Origin: Nemertoderma westbladi | Taxonomy: Eukaryota > Animalia > Xenacoelomorpha | Direction: 5' to 3' | Length of the DNA: 64,000 nucleotides | Assembly: GCA_032718475.1 (NCBI GenBank) | Contig: JAUCBJ010008860.1 | Coordinates: forward strand, 23,024-87,023 | Part shown: piece after piece, positions 23,489 to 34,489 of the stretch | Position numbering within the stretch: position 1 is the first letter of the stretch | How the letters are laid out: every line of letters starts with the position of its first letter | Program-made: the position numbers and the translations under genes | Notes under the pieces: generated by a model | Told to the model about the DNA's origin: nothing | Database searches by the model: none | The model's input: the letters and a program-made list of their open reading frames with translations, nothing else

Positions 23489-25956
23489 ACCATTTCCTGG
23501 AATATAGTGTCGTTATTCAGGTACCTGGATATAGTGTCGTTATTCATGTACCTGCCCCCCCCCCCCCCCCCCAAAAAAAAAAATTATACATCTTAAATAA
23601 TAATAATTAATGAGATTGCATGAAATTTGAAACAGAGATAGTTTCACTCAACTCCTTTTGGGTGGGGGAGCCAGAATTGTTATTTTTGCGTTCGTTCTTT
23701 AGCTATAGTACAAGCGTTTAAAAAAGTGTCTCCATCGATATTGCACTCAGTTACAGGTAAAGCACAGTTATTATTCACCCTTATAGTGATTGTTACTACT
23801 GGAAAGCTGGCCATGTAAGGATTTCAAATATGTAAAAATATTTGAATTTGGTTGGGAAATAGCTGAGATATGGGCATTCGAATGTTGCATGTATTTACTT
23901 GCGCTGCTGGCCATTTATTCTATTTAATAAATGAATAACATTCTCAGTGGCGTGCCGAGGGGGGGGGGGGGGGGGGGTGGGGGTCGGCGGGGTCTATTGC
24001 TCCCGGGCGAAAAAAAATGGGGGACGAAAAAATGTAAAAACAGACAGATACAGTACAGTTGATGGATTTTAGGGGGCGATTTAGCTATCCTCACCAGCTT
24101 TAGCGCTGCACACACATTAACCAAACCCAAAAAATTGTTTTTCAATTAATTAGTCCTGTGTTATTTTGGTGTGCAAAAATATGGCTAGAATTGAAATCTG
24201 TATAGTATCCGTCAGTACCTGTGCCTGTACAGTACCATTGTACCTGTACATCACTAAATTGGGTGGCTATTAGCAGGGCCGGTGTAATGACTTGGCGGCC
24301 CGGGTGCACTGTTCCACAGCCGCACCCCCGCCCAGTATTTATATTATGTATTTTTCAACTTAATAAAATGAACTAAATAAAACAAATGGAAAAATAAATT
24401 ATAATTTTTTTCCCCATGTAATACGAAATTATTTTCTGAAAAATAGGTACTTTTCGTTGATTAACCCTATTTGGCCCGGGGTGGGCGGTGATTTTATAAT
24501 TGTTTTGTAGTTTATATGTATTATTGAGTCAGATTTGTTTGTAAAACCGAGATGTCGTGACCTTTACTAAAATTTATTAGGCTATCCAACAGCGAAAACG
24601 CTGTACATGTACATGTTTACTGTACATTAGGGTGGTCCTTATTTCAATGTAAGATTTAAAAGTTGTGGAAATTCTCCTCTGACCCCCCCCCCCCCCCCCC
24701 CCAAGTCCTTTCTTCTAATAAAAAAACACCTTGAGTAAAAGTTGAGCACAAATGATATATATTTAGAGGTAGCTCAAACACCCTGAAGTTGAGCGTTTGG
24801 ACACCATTTGATCGCGCGCGCAGAATATAATGGAGTTTGCTGATATGAAGGCTTCTATTTGTTGTACAGAGTTAATTTTAGGCTTATTTGAACCGCAATC
24901 ATCGATTTAATGGGTGTAGATACCTTCAAAACAAGAGCTAAGCTAGTAGTTCTTGAGATATCACACAAAAGCTTATGGGTCGTGTACATGGCTATGTTAG
25001 TTTTCGTGTTGTGGTCCTTTCTGACACACATCTCCAGTATTTTTCGTGTTTAAATTTTCCAAAGTTTTTATAGTTCACTAAAATTTATTTATTTGCGGTA
25101 TATATCGGTTTTTTGGATGCTGATCAAGATTATAGAACTCAAATAAAACATTCGAGAAAATTATTTGTAATTTTAAAAGTGCGGGGCCCTGGGGCATGAA
25201 AAACAAGTAGTGGAAATATGATAATGAAAAATCACACGAATTCAACTTGATTTTATGACCAGTGTGTTTTTAGACATGTGATATGACCATGTGATTTTAG
25301 GATGCTGATCACGAATATGACACTGAATGCACCTTATTGATTACGGCTTTTTTGGACGCGTGTTAATATGTGGCACAAAAAATACACGTAGCACAAATTT
25401 ATAATGAAAACTCCAAATCAAACCTGATTTTATGATATTAGGGGTTTTCTGGGATTCTGATCACGAATATGACACTAAAATATAGGGCCGATCGTACAGT
25501 ATTATCCAACCAAATTTGTTTTTGCCGTTTGAAATTTTACGCTACTTGTTTTTTTCGTCCCTCAGACAAGCACCAAAAATAATAGTTGTGTTACCATAAA
25601 TTATTTTAACGAGTTGTATCGTGATCAGCATTTGTTATTTTTTTTTTTAATTTTAACTTGCAAAATTTGCAATTTGCAAATTTTTACAGTTTGAAAATGT
25701 TTTCTTCGGGGTGGGGGGCGAAAAATCCACTCTTGCCCCCGGGCGCACGAATGCCTCGGGACGCCCCTGTACATTCTGGAACATTTTGTTTATCTCATAA
25801 GTACTTAATAATACTAGTATATGGATATTCCTACATAACCAAAATGTTCTAGAACATTGTGTATTTAATTAATAAATAGAATAAATAAGAAAATGGCCTG
25901 CGGCGCAAGTGAATAACGACATTATACAGGGATACAACTATATTCCAGGACATGGT
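23489..25956. mobile_element. Second copy of the same foldback MITE, interrupted by a hAT-like insertion, right arm partly deleted
   Basis: 23489-23944 aligns to the arms of the 22488 element; the sequence resumes at 25770 (ACATTCTGGAACATTTTGTTTATC) and ends TATATTCCAGGACATGG. Confidence 0.7.
23945..25769. mobile_element. hAT-like non-autonomous element containing further MITE fragments
   Basis: Imperfect TIR CAGTGGCGTGCCGAGG / CCTCGGGACGCCCCTG; 8-bp TSD AACATTCT / TACATTCT (one mismatch). TIR-like starts also occur inside at ~24273, ~24461 and ~24628. Confidence 0.65.
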
Positions 25957-26025
25957 GTATACAATATAAACCAGTAAAGCCTACTGCAGTACTGCAGGTA
26001 CTGCCGCGGAAGAGTCCCACAAGAA

Positions 26026-26460
26026 ATGAAAACAAATAAGTTGGTGCCAGTTCCCAAGAAGGGCAACCTAACACTCTATGGTTCTTTTCGGGGAATCTCA
26101 TTGATCTCGATTGCTGCAAAGCTATACAATAGGATTCTATTAAATCGCATCAGGGATCCCATTGAGAGACTGCTCCGTGGAAATCAGAATGGGTTCCGTA
26201 AAGGTCGTGGGACCATGGAGCCCATTTTGGCACTTAGAAGGATAATTGAAGAGTTATCAAAAAAGAAAGACAGGCATCTGGCTGTTATCTTTGTTGACTT
26301 CTTCAAGGCCTTTGATTCAGTCTCTCGCTCACGTATGTTCAGCATACTTTCATTATATGGGATTCCTGATGAAATTATTGCAGCAATCAGATCAGTAAAC
26401 GATGGTTCGACAACATTTGTGTCTACTGTTGACGGTGACACAAAACCATTTGAAGTGTTA
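26026..26460 (+). pseudogene. RTE-type LINE reverse transcriptase fragment
   Basis: VPVPKKGNL, FRGISLISIAAKLYN, QNGFRKGRGT, FVDFFKAFDSV, YGIP; truncated at both ends. Confidence 0.85.
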
Positions 26461-26864
26461 TGGCTGTATGGGGCGTGCTTAAAGAGCTGTACATTAAATT
26501 ATCCAATTCCTTTTGTAACTAACTGGGCAGAATGTTGGGCACCTTAAGATGCGCCTTTGCTTGAAAGCTATGCAGTATGCAGTTCGACAGCAATCAATTA
26601 ATTTTAAACCAATAAACCTTACAAAATGACAATAAAACCTATAAAATATAGAAATGGGTCGTGTACCTAAGGCAACCTGTAGTCTTTGTAAATCTTGTAA
26701 ACAAAATGATATTTTAATTTCATCAAATCTGGTTGTATTATATTATTATGCAGAGATATGGCACCAAAACAAAGTTACAATATTTAGTCAGCTGGCTGAG
26801 TAACAACAATACAAAGTCTCACTGAATTAAAACCGCATTAAGGTATGCCATTATTCTACTACAT

Positions 26865-28670
26865 CTAATCGCTATCGAATGATTTCTTTGTCCCCTGGTA
26901 GGTCTGTATCCCGACCTTCTGTCTGGGTGTCCCGGCGCCCCGTCCGCCCCTGAACCCGCCTCCTCTGTCCCCCCTACCGCGCCCGCGCCCACCGAACCCA
27001 CCCCGCCCACCACCTCGCCCTCCATCATCCCGTCGCGGCGTCTTCATCTCCACCCGAACTCGCGTCCCATCGATCTCGCATCCCTGCCCGACTCCGTCCA
27101 GCGCGCGGCGAGCCTCGCTGCTGTCTGAGAAGTCTATGAACGCCATCCCCGGTCGACTGGGGTCCTGGTTCAATATCTTTACCGACGAACAATTCGGGAA
27201 CTTCTCGTACAACATATCGTCGGTTGTTCCCTGAGAGAGTCCGAACATCTTGAGACTGTTTGTGTCGTCTGATCCTCTGGAGAAGCCACCCCGTCCCCGA
27301 CCGCGGTCCCCACCGCCACCTCGACCGAAGTCGCCGCGTCTCGGCGTCATCATCTTAACGTCGACGGAATGACTGTCGATCTGGAACCCGTCCGGGAGGC
27401 CGTTAAGGACCTTCCTAGCGGTGGCGGCGTCCGGGAAGTTCACGAAGGCCATAGCGGGACGAGTCGGGTCGTTATTGAAGACTTTAGCGCGCGTGCACCC
27501 GGGGAACTTCTCATAGAGAGCGTCCTCGGTGCAGTCGACCGGGAGGCCAAACAGCTTGAGGCCGTCGGTGTCGTCGTCGTTCCCGAAACTCTCGTTGAAC
27601 CCGGAACGATTCGCGGCCACCACGCCACGTCCCGCTCCGAACGGGAACTGGGGTTTCTTAGCGACGACTTCCATCGCTTTATTGTGGAACTCCATGGACC
27701 AGTTGTAGGAAGTAACGGGCTGCTCCTTGAACTCAGCCATAGCGCTATCGGCGTCCGCCTGACTGGCGAACTGCGTTAGAACGCCGTCCTCCTGCCACGG
27801 GTTGCACTTCTTACAACTTATTCCTTTACTCTCCAAAATCAACCGCATTTCTTTAGAGAATGATTTAACCCTCTGCGGCTTCCAGATTATTTCAACTGGT
27901 TTCTCAACTATACTTTCTTTTACACTTTCAACTGCTTTGCTAGTTGGCACTTTGTCTTCTTCACTGGACGAATCTTCGGAATCCTCTTCCATTTCTTCAT
28001 CTTGTTGTTTTCCATTGATTTTATTATCATCTTCATCAGAATCGGATTCATCATCTGATGATTCAGATTCAACGGTTTTCTTAGGAACCGCAGGTTTACT
28101 TAACTTCCCATTGTCAATGTTTGGTTTAACATTCTCAGCTTCATCAGAATCGGAATCATCATCTGATGATTCAGATTCAACGGTTTTCTTAGGAACCGCA
28201 GGTTTACTTAACTTCCCATTGGCAATGTTTGGTTTCACATTCTCAGCTTCATCATCAGACGACTCAGTGTCATCGCTATTCTCACTGTCTCCGTCCTTCG
28301 CAACGGGAACTGGATTCGGTTTACTTGCTGTTTTATTAGATTGTTTGACCTTCGGGGGTTCGTCCTCGTCTGAGCTAGACTCCTCGGATTCCGACGAATC
28401 CTTAGTCGGTTGTTTCACTAACGATTGTTGATTAGGCCTAGCCGGTACCGGTACTACCGGTTTCGACTCCCGAATTATGATGTCATCACCGGAAGAAGAT
28501 TCCTCCGAGCTGCTATCCTCCGGAGTTGGCGGTCGTTTTACTTTTTTACTCCGTTTCGCTTTTTTATTCTGCGATTCCAAATCAGATGTATTAACATCGA
28601 GTTTACGTTTTTTAGGACTACCGGTTATTGCGGGTGACGGTGTTGGCTTTTCCTTCTTACTTTTAACCAT
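26865..28670 (-). CDS. NCL: Nucleolin-like (Nsr1/Gar2-like) RNA-binding protein, 601 aa, single coding exon
   Basis: The N-terminus alternates Lys/Pro and acidic-Ser tracts. Two clear RRMs (LKLFGLP...MAFVNF; LKMFGLS...MAFIDF) and possibly a degenerate third, RGG/GAR tracts, and a C-terminal QGTKKSFD matching the nucleolin/Nsr1 G-K-x-F tail. Confidence 0.85.
   Translation of the reverse strand: MVKSKKEKPTPSPAITGSPKKRKLDVNTSDLESQNKKAKRSKKVKRPPTPEDSSSEESSSGDDIIIRESKPVVPVPARPNQQSLVKQPTKDSSESEESSSDEDEPPKVKQSNKTASKPNPVPVAKDGDSENSDDTESSDDEAENVKPNIANGKLSKPAVPKKTVESESSDDDSDSDEAENVKPNIDNGKLSKPAVPKKTVESESSDDESDSDEDDNKINGKQQDEEMEEDSEDSSSEEDKVPTSKAVESVKESIVEKPVEIIWKPQRVKSFSKEMRLILESKGISCKKCNPWQEDGVLTQFASQADADSAMAEFKEQPVTSYNWSMEFHNKAMEVVAKKPQFPFGAGRGVVAANRSGFNESFGNDDDTDGLKLFGLPVDCTEDALYEKFPGCTRAKVFNNDPTRPAMAFVNFPDAATARKVLNGLPDGFQIDSHSVDVKMMTPRRGDFGRGGGGDRGRGRGGFSRGSDDTNSLKMFGLSQGTTDDMLYEKFPNCSSVKILNQDPSRPGMAFIDFSDSSEARRALDGVGQGCEIDGTRVRVEMKTPRRDDGGRGGGRGGFGGRGRGRGDRGGGFRGGRGAGTPRQKVGIQTYQGTKKSFDSD
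28037..28258 (-). repeat. 108-bp (36-aa) internal tandem duplication in the nucleolin-like CDS
   Basis: EAENVKPNI(A/D)NGKLSKPAVPKKTVESESSDD(D/E)SDSD occurs twice; TTAGGAACCGCA at 28081 and 28189. Confidence 0.9.
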
Positions 28671-29323
28671 TTTGGTGGAATGTTCTGTCAGTGTTCAGCT
28701 TGGAGGTTGCGTGGGTGGGTATTTGTTTCTACCGACAATAGTACTGTACAGCTGTAGTACATGTAGTAGTACACACACAGTAGTCCAGTAGTCAGTGTGC
28801 TTGTGCTGTGAATCCGGGGGTGTGTTGATGCTGTTGATGTGTCAACTGCCTGACAGCTATACTGGGCTGTGATGTAGTGGTCTACCTACAACTGACCTCT
28901 GCTGCTCTGGCAGTCTGGGTGTTATGTTATGTTGTATTACAGTGTTATGTTGTTATATGTTATTAATGTCGCCAGAACAATAATAAAATCAATTGCACAT
29001 AATAATAATAATAATAATAATTTCTTTTATTCTCAAACTCGACATACAAAGTAAAAAAAGGGGCGGTTAACGTGAAGGCAAACAAACTGATAATTGCGAG
29101 AATAAGTGTCAACATCAAAAGCCTGTCTTAGACAGGTTAGTACTTAGATACCGTACCAATACACTAAGTACTTGTATAATTATTTATATAAATTAAAAAT
29201 ATATTGTTACTACAAAAACCAATACAATTACATAAACCAAACAGAAGCACATCTGGTAAAGTACGCTAGTGAGCGTATAGAAATTATAAAGAAAGTATAT
29301 GCTAATGCCCATACTGTACGCAT

Positions 29324-29852
29324 TGTAAAAGCTTTTGCGTAATTAGCCGGTTATTTTCCCGTAAAGTACTCTGTAGTTGGTTTACCAGGCATAAAAAGGC
29401 CGTGTCCTTACTGTACTGGTGTTTTAGAGGACATAAAAGTCATTTCTTCTGTATGTGTACTTTAAAGGACATAATCCGTAATTTCGTGACGCAATAGCTG
29501 GATACTCTTGAAAACAGTGGCGCTACCATGACGACGGCTAGCAGCTGATATTGCCACGTCGACAGTTCTTTGTTTCTTTGTTCTCTCGTTGTTCGGTTGA
29601 CCAATCAGAGCGTTTGTTGTCTCTGTGTTGGAGGTGTATACAGAGGCTCAGTAGTTCAGTGTTATGTTTTTGCCCAGAACCTAAGAACCGGCTTTTGGTA
29701 CCTCCGTGTTTTCAGTTTTTAGTCTTACACTAGTAGGCTTAATTATAAGGACATATATCCGTTATCATACCATAACATAACTTACCATACCTAATCAAAC
29801 AACCTGTGCATACTTTTATATTGTTATACTGCTATTTACTGTCAGTTCTTCA
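29324..29852 (+). repeat. LTR type A, 5' copy (529 bp)
   Basis: TGTAAAAG...TTCTTCA; only two substitutions seen versus 40655-41183. Confidence 0.92.
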
Positions 29853-30769
29853 TAATATGGTTGATGAATTATTATATTTGGAATAACGATAAATAACCCC
29901 GAAAACCCAATATTCTTGATATACCGAAGGTAAGAGAGAAAGGTTACATATAACGATTGTGACTTATGTTAAAGTGGTTTGAAGTGAATCTAATGTTATT
30001 TGATAGACCCTACATGATTCGGTCCGTGTTCCTTTTATATGTGACTAAAATCAGTGAAGATCGGCAGATCAGTGTGCAGTATTGTGCAGCATTGTGTATG
30101 AGTGAGACTGATAACGAAGCATTTCCTAAAGAATGCGCCATATATGTGAATTGTAACTAAGCCATATCGTTGTGAGTAGTTTAAGTCATAACTCTGTTTA
30201 TATAGATAGAGCGCCACGTCCTAAAGGAACTGTTAATATTCCCCGAAGGTGAATAATATTGTCAGAGATTATATAATACTGTCAGTCGAATAATACATTA
30301 GGCTTACATAGCAATACGATTAAGCCGTCGAACCCAATCTCCCGGGTATATCCAGCGGGTGAATGATCGCGCACCGATTGGTTTCGACTAGTGTAGTGAA
30401 TCAAATACTTGTCAGAGGCTAAAAGTGATTTATTATCTAGAAGACATCCTAATTTGGCGGGTTAAACTGCCAAAGGTCTGAAAGCGCGAACAATAACGGA
30501 TATTGCTTCTGTATTGCAGTAGGCAATAAAGCTGAAGTACCGGCAACCGGTGCCCAGTAGGCCTGACTACCTAACCACCCGGACCGGTACCTACAGCAGT
30601 ACAGGTACAGCAGTATTATTCGATTTTGATAATTATATACCGGTAGGCCTTAATAATTAATCAGGGAGGGCCCGCCCTGGTTTTTTATTGAGATTTTTAC
30701 TTATTTCTGTCAAGTTTTATTTGTTTGTAGGCCAGTATTGAACAGAAGGCGTGTAAGCCTGATCAGATT

Positions 30770-31330
30770 GTACAGACAATTTGTAGGCTGAGCTGTTGTC
30801 TGATTGTTGTTAAGTCTGAACGGATTGCAGTGTGTGTAGATCACCTGTCCGATAAAGAACGGTTAGGAAGTAGGGGCAGCCAATGCTGTAAGGTAAACCC
30901 CCAACTAAAGAATAAGTCGTACTACTGGGTTAGAACGCATACTACCTAATCATTTCGGAGTCTGCATGTCCTGTAGTTTATTTAGGCTTGAGAGTAGTCT
31001 GCCATCGTTTAGTCTGTACTTTGTTTGTGTAAGTCTGTACGGGTAGCGTATAATATTTATTTAGATAATTTGTAGGCTGGATAGTTGTCTGGCTGTTATT
31101 AGGTCTGAACGGATTGCAGTGTGTGTAGAGCCCCTGTCCGATAAAGAACGGTTAGGAAGTAGGGGCAGCCAAAGCTGTAAGGTAAACCCCCAACTAAAGA
31201 ATAAGTCGTACTACTGGGTTAGAACGCATACTACCTAATCATTTCGGAGTCTGCATGTCCTGTAGTTTATTTAGGCTTGATAGTAGTCTGTCAGTGTTTG
31301 GTCTGCATTTTGTTTGAGTGGTTTGTACGC
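30770..31330 (+). repeat. Direct duplication (period 289 bp) of a long imperfect hairpin in the LTR-element leader
   Basis: The core GGTTAGGAAGTAGGGGCAGC... occurs at 30861 and 31150. Arms pair by eye with many G.U pairs. Confidence 0.85.
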
Positions 31331-32670
31331 GTAGCGTAATATTTATTATTCAGAGTTTATGCGATTATTCGCAACATTCATTCCCCAAGTTTGTTCCTAC
31401 AATAATTGTGTTTGTTATACATACCGCTATAGTTAAATTAACCCCGGTACTACACGGGCTGCTTGGCGTAGGTAAAGACTGGTGATTTTGTGCACCGGTC
31501 ACTCCAGCAGATGCCGTGGTTCTTTTAGCTGTTCAAGTATATTTAACTACTGATTATGTTGTACAAGTACTCGTACCTAATTTAGGGTTTAGTGTACAGT
31601 GCTTTCCGAGAGTAATTAGTGTAGGCATTATATTTGTGTTGTAAAGTGGTTGATAGGCACTTTCGATTAGCTCTATTAACTTCTAGGTAGGAACACTCTG
31701 TGATACATAACGTAGTACCTATAGCGATACGGCTATAGGTCGTCAGGCGGTGGTATTTTCCTATCTGGACAACGCAGTGTATTTACTACTACGTATTATT
31801 TTCAAATACCGCAGTACCCTGTCCGTTGTAATAACCAGATTCTAACCCTTTGTTAGGCTGGTTTGTAGACTTCTTGTAAAATTACCCTGAAAATTCGTAT
31901 TTTGTGTTTTTGTAAATTTTTGTGTTTGTTTAGAGATTGTAATCTCACCCGAATTGTACGTAATTTGTAGTATTAAGTAACTTAGGTAAATTAGCATTAT
32001 TTGTTTTAGTGTCCTATAAGTAACACTTCACTGAAAGCGCACCGCTTTGTGTAGTGATTACTCCCCAGAAATAATAACATTTATTTCAAACATTGACAAA
32101 ACCCATTTCAACGGGTATATATATATTATAAATCAACTCTAACGATTTATAAATAGTAGGCCTGCCATACACCCATTAGGTCTCAATATCAGTTGGACTA
32201 CTGCTCAAATAACGGTAATAAAGTAAGTAAAGTAACCAAGTAACCCTAAAATTCAGAAATTCAATTATTTAAAATAATTGATATACCGGTATTTACGATA
32301 GGCCTATTATCTTTATTTCTATAAATTTAGGCTGAAATTATACCGGTACTTTATAATTAATTCTAGTCCAGAATTATACTTATATATACTACAAACTGTA
32401 AGCTGTATACCGGTATTCCCGATAGGCCTATTATATATTTATATATATTTGTGCTAAAATTATACCGGTATTCTGTGATAAACCTAGTCTGTAATAATAC
32501 TTATATAGTTATATATACTATAAGCATACCGGTATTCTAATATATTATATATATCACGCTGCACTGAGTAGCAGTACCGGTAATTAATTACTAGGCTAGC
32601 AGTTAATACTGAGTTACTAGACTTGCTCAGACTGTAATACAGCAGTAGACATTCAACTGTACACATAAAC

Positions 32671-34437
32671 ATGTCTGATACTAAGCAGAACCTGTCAGAC
32701 AGTTTATTAGATGTAACTATCTGCGACTCAGATAGAGGCGTAGAACCGTCTAGTCGTAAGTTCAGTTCACCTCCCACTGTGAGGAAGGTCATCCCTCCTG
32801 TAGTAATAACAGAACCTAGGCTGGTCCAACATCGTAGGTCTATCATAGGCACTCGAGCTCAGGTCAAGCGGGACCAAGAAGCAGCAGAACAGCAACAACC
32901 CGCGAGCCAAGAACTTACTTCTCAACGGCCCAACAGCTCCAGTAGTGAGGATACTGTAGTACTGACACCAGAACGCGGAGCAAAGATGATGGATGCGGTT
33001 TATTCGGATCCCCTTCTCATCCTTCCTGCAGCCGTACTCACTAGGTTATTGATTGCGGTGGAAGAACACCAGATCGATTGGGCGAGAAGTCAGCGATCAA
33101 CTAGAGATAGTTATGCGGGATACACGAGGGAAGAACTGAAGTCTATTGTCGAGTCGCAATGGAACTTCCCCGGACCCGGACTCCCGTTTGATTTATCAGA
33201 AGCTGCCTGGGAAGACATACACCGGATGGGAGTAGCCAAAGAAACCATAGATCCCGCTGTGTGGAAGAGGTCCGCAGCCGGATACGCACAGGGATTCTTC
33301 AGCTCTATGGAGCGAGTAAAAGGACAACTGTTTCAACAACCACAAGGACCTCAAGAGCAGGGACAACTGCTTTATCAAGTTAGAGAAAGAATTCTACGAA
33401 TCAGGCTAATATTATCGGCCTTTGAGGAGGCTTCTAAACGAAGGCAAGACACGTCGTTGCAAGTTGCCGTAAAGACTTGGTTTCAAAGGGTGAGTCTCCA
33501 GGTTCAAGGAACAGCTCAGTGGAAAGCTCAGCTAGAGGAGCGCTCAACCCATGGAGAATCAACAGACGCTACTTTTTCCCAAGTGGAAAGTGAAGCGACG
33601 GCAGAGAAACCGCATAAGAGGGATGCCATTGACATCTATCTGTCAGACTATCAACGTTTTTTAGGTGATGACGAGTTGAGGAGAAGGTTAGAGGGACTTA
33701 GCCCTAATAGTGAAGGAACCAAGCTTGTGTTGGAGGCCATCGATGTGGAAATGAGGGCTGCGAACCAGGCTAAATTTGATGAACAACTCCGCATCACCAG
33801 AGTCCAAGAAGAACAAGTAAAGAAAAAACGTATAGAAGACAGAAAGGCAGCGGCAGTAGCAGCAGCAGTGGCAGCTGCAGAAGCAGAAAGAAAAGAGGCA
33901 GCGGCAGAGGCAAAAGTGGCAGCGGCAGAGGCAAAGGCAGCGGCCGAAGCGGAAAGAAAAGTGGCGGAGGCAGTGGCAGAAGCAGAACGGAGAGCGGCTG
34001 AAGAAACCACCCAATTAGAATTGGAAAACATTCAGGAGAATCAAGACTGCATAAATAAACAGTTAACAGCTAGTAATATGCAGATGATGAATCGATCTAC
34101 TCCCAAAAGGCAGGGATATACATCATCTGAGGAAGGCGATACCACCGATACTGAAGGCAAAGGAAATAGATCTCGTCTAAGCAGACGTAAAAGAACATTC
34201 CACCGTCAGAAATTGCCTGATTTGCCTCCAGCTGTTAGAAGGCAACTAAATAACACCAACTTAGGTAGTACAGAACCCACAGACCAAATAATTAAAATAG
34301 AAAGACTCCCTACTATAGTAGATGAGCCTGAAATAATTAGGCCTGTTCTCGAAATCACCCCTTCGGTGATAGACACACCTGTACTCCCTGAAGTTACCTC
34401 TAAATTCCCTCTGCATAGCACTAAGCTACTGCCGTAG
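32671..34437 (+). CDS. BEL/Pao Gag N-terminal part (copy 1), ended by a frameshift
   Basis: Collinear with the N-terminus of the 1668-aa ORF at 44634; net 5-nt deletion near 34430 relative to copy 2; Ala/Glu/Lys helical repeat. Confidence 0.8.
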   Translation: MSDTKQNLSDSLLDVTICDSDRGVEPSSRKFSSPPTVRKVIPPVVITEPRLVQHRRSIIGTRAQVKRDQEAAEQQQPASQELTSQRPNSSSSEDTVVLTPERGAKMMDAVYSDPLLILPAAVLTRLLIAVEEHQIDWARSQRSTRDSYAGYTREELKSIVESQWNFPGPGLPFDLSEAAWEDIHRMGVAKETIDPAVWKRSAAGYAQGFFSSMERVKGQLFQQPQGPQEQGQLLYQVRERILRIRLILSAFEEASKRRQDTSLQVAVKTWFQRVSLQVQGTAQWKAQLEERSTHGESTDATFSQVESEATAEKPHKRDAIDIYLSDYQRFLGDDELRRRLEGLSPNSEGTKLVLEAIDVEMRAANQAKFDEQLRITRVQEEQVKKKRIEDRKAAAVAAAVAAAEAERKEAAAEAKVAAAEAKAAAEAERKVAEAVAEAERRAAEETTQLELENIQENQDCINKQLTASNMQMMNRSTPKRQGYTSSEEGDTTDTEGKGNRSRLSRRKRTFHRQKLPDLPPAVRRQLNNTNLGSTEPTDQIIKIERLPTIVDEPEIIRPVLEITPSVIDTPVLPEVTSKFPLHSTKLLP

Positions 34438-34489
34438 AACTGCCCAGGAGACAGTTCAGGTCCTGGACCCCGAGCGAAATATTCCTGAT

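Noticed and set aside
9541-24702. Long G/C homopolymers (9541, 10275, 20104, 23556, 23958, 24683) as functional G-quadruplex sites
   Set aside because: Most lie in MITE termini, and homopolymer lengths are unreliable in assemblies; there is no independent support.
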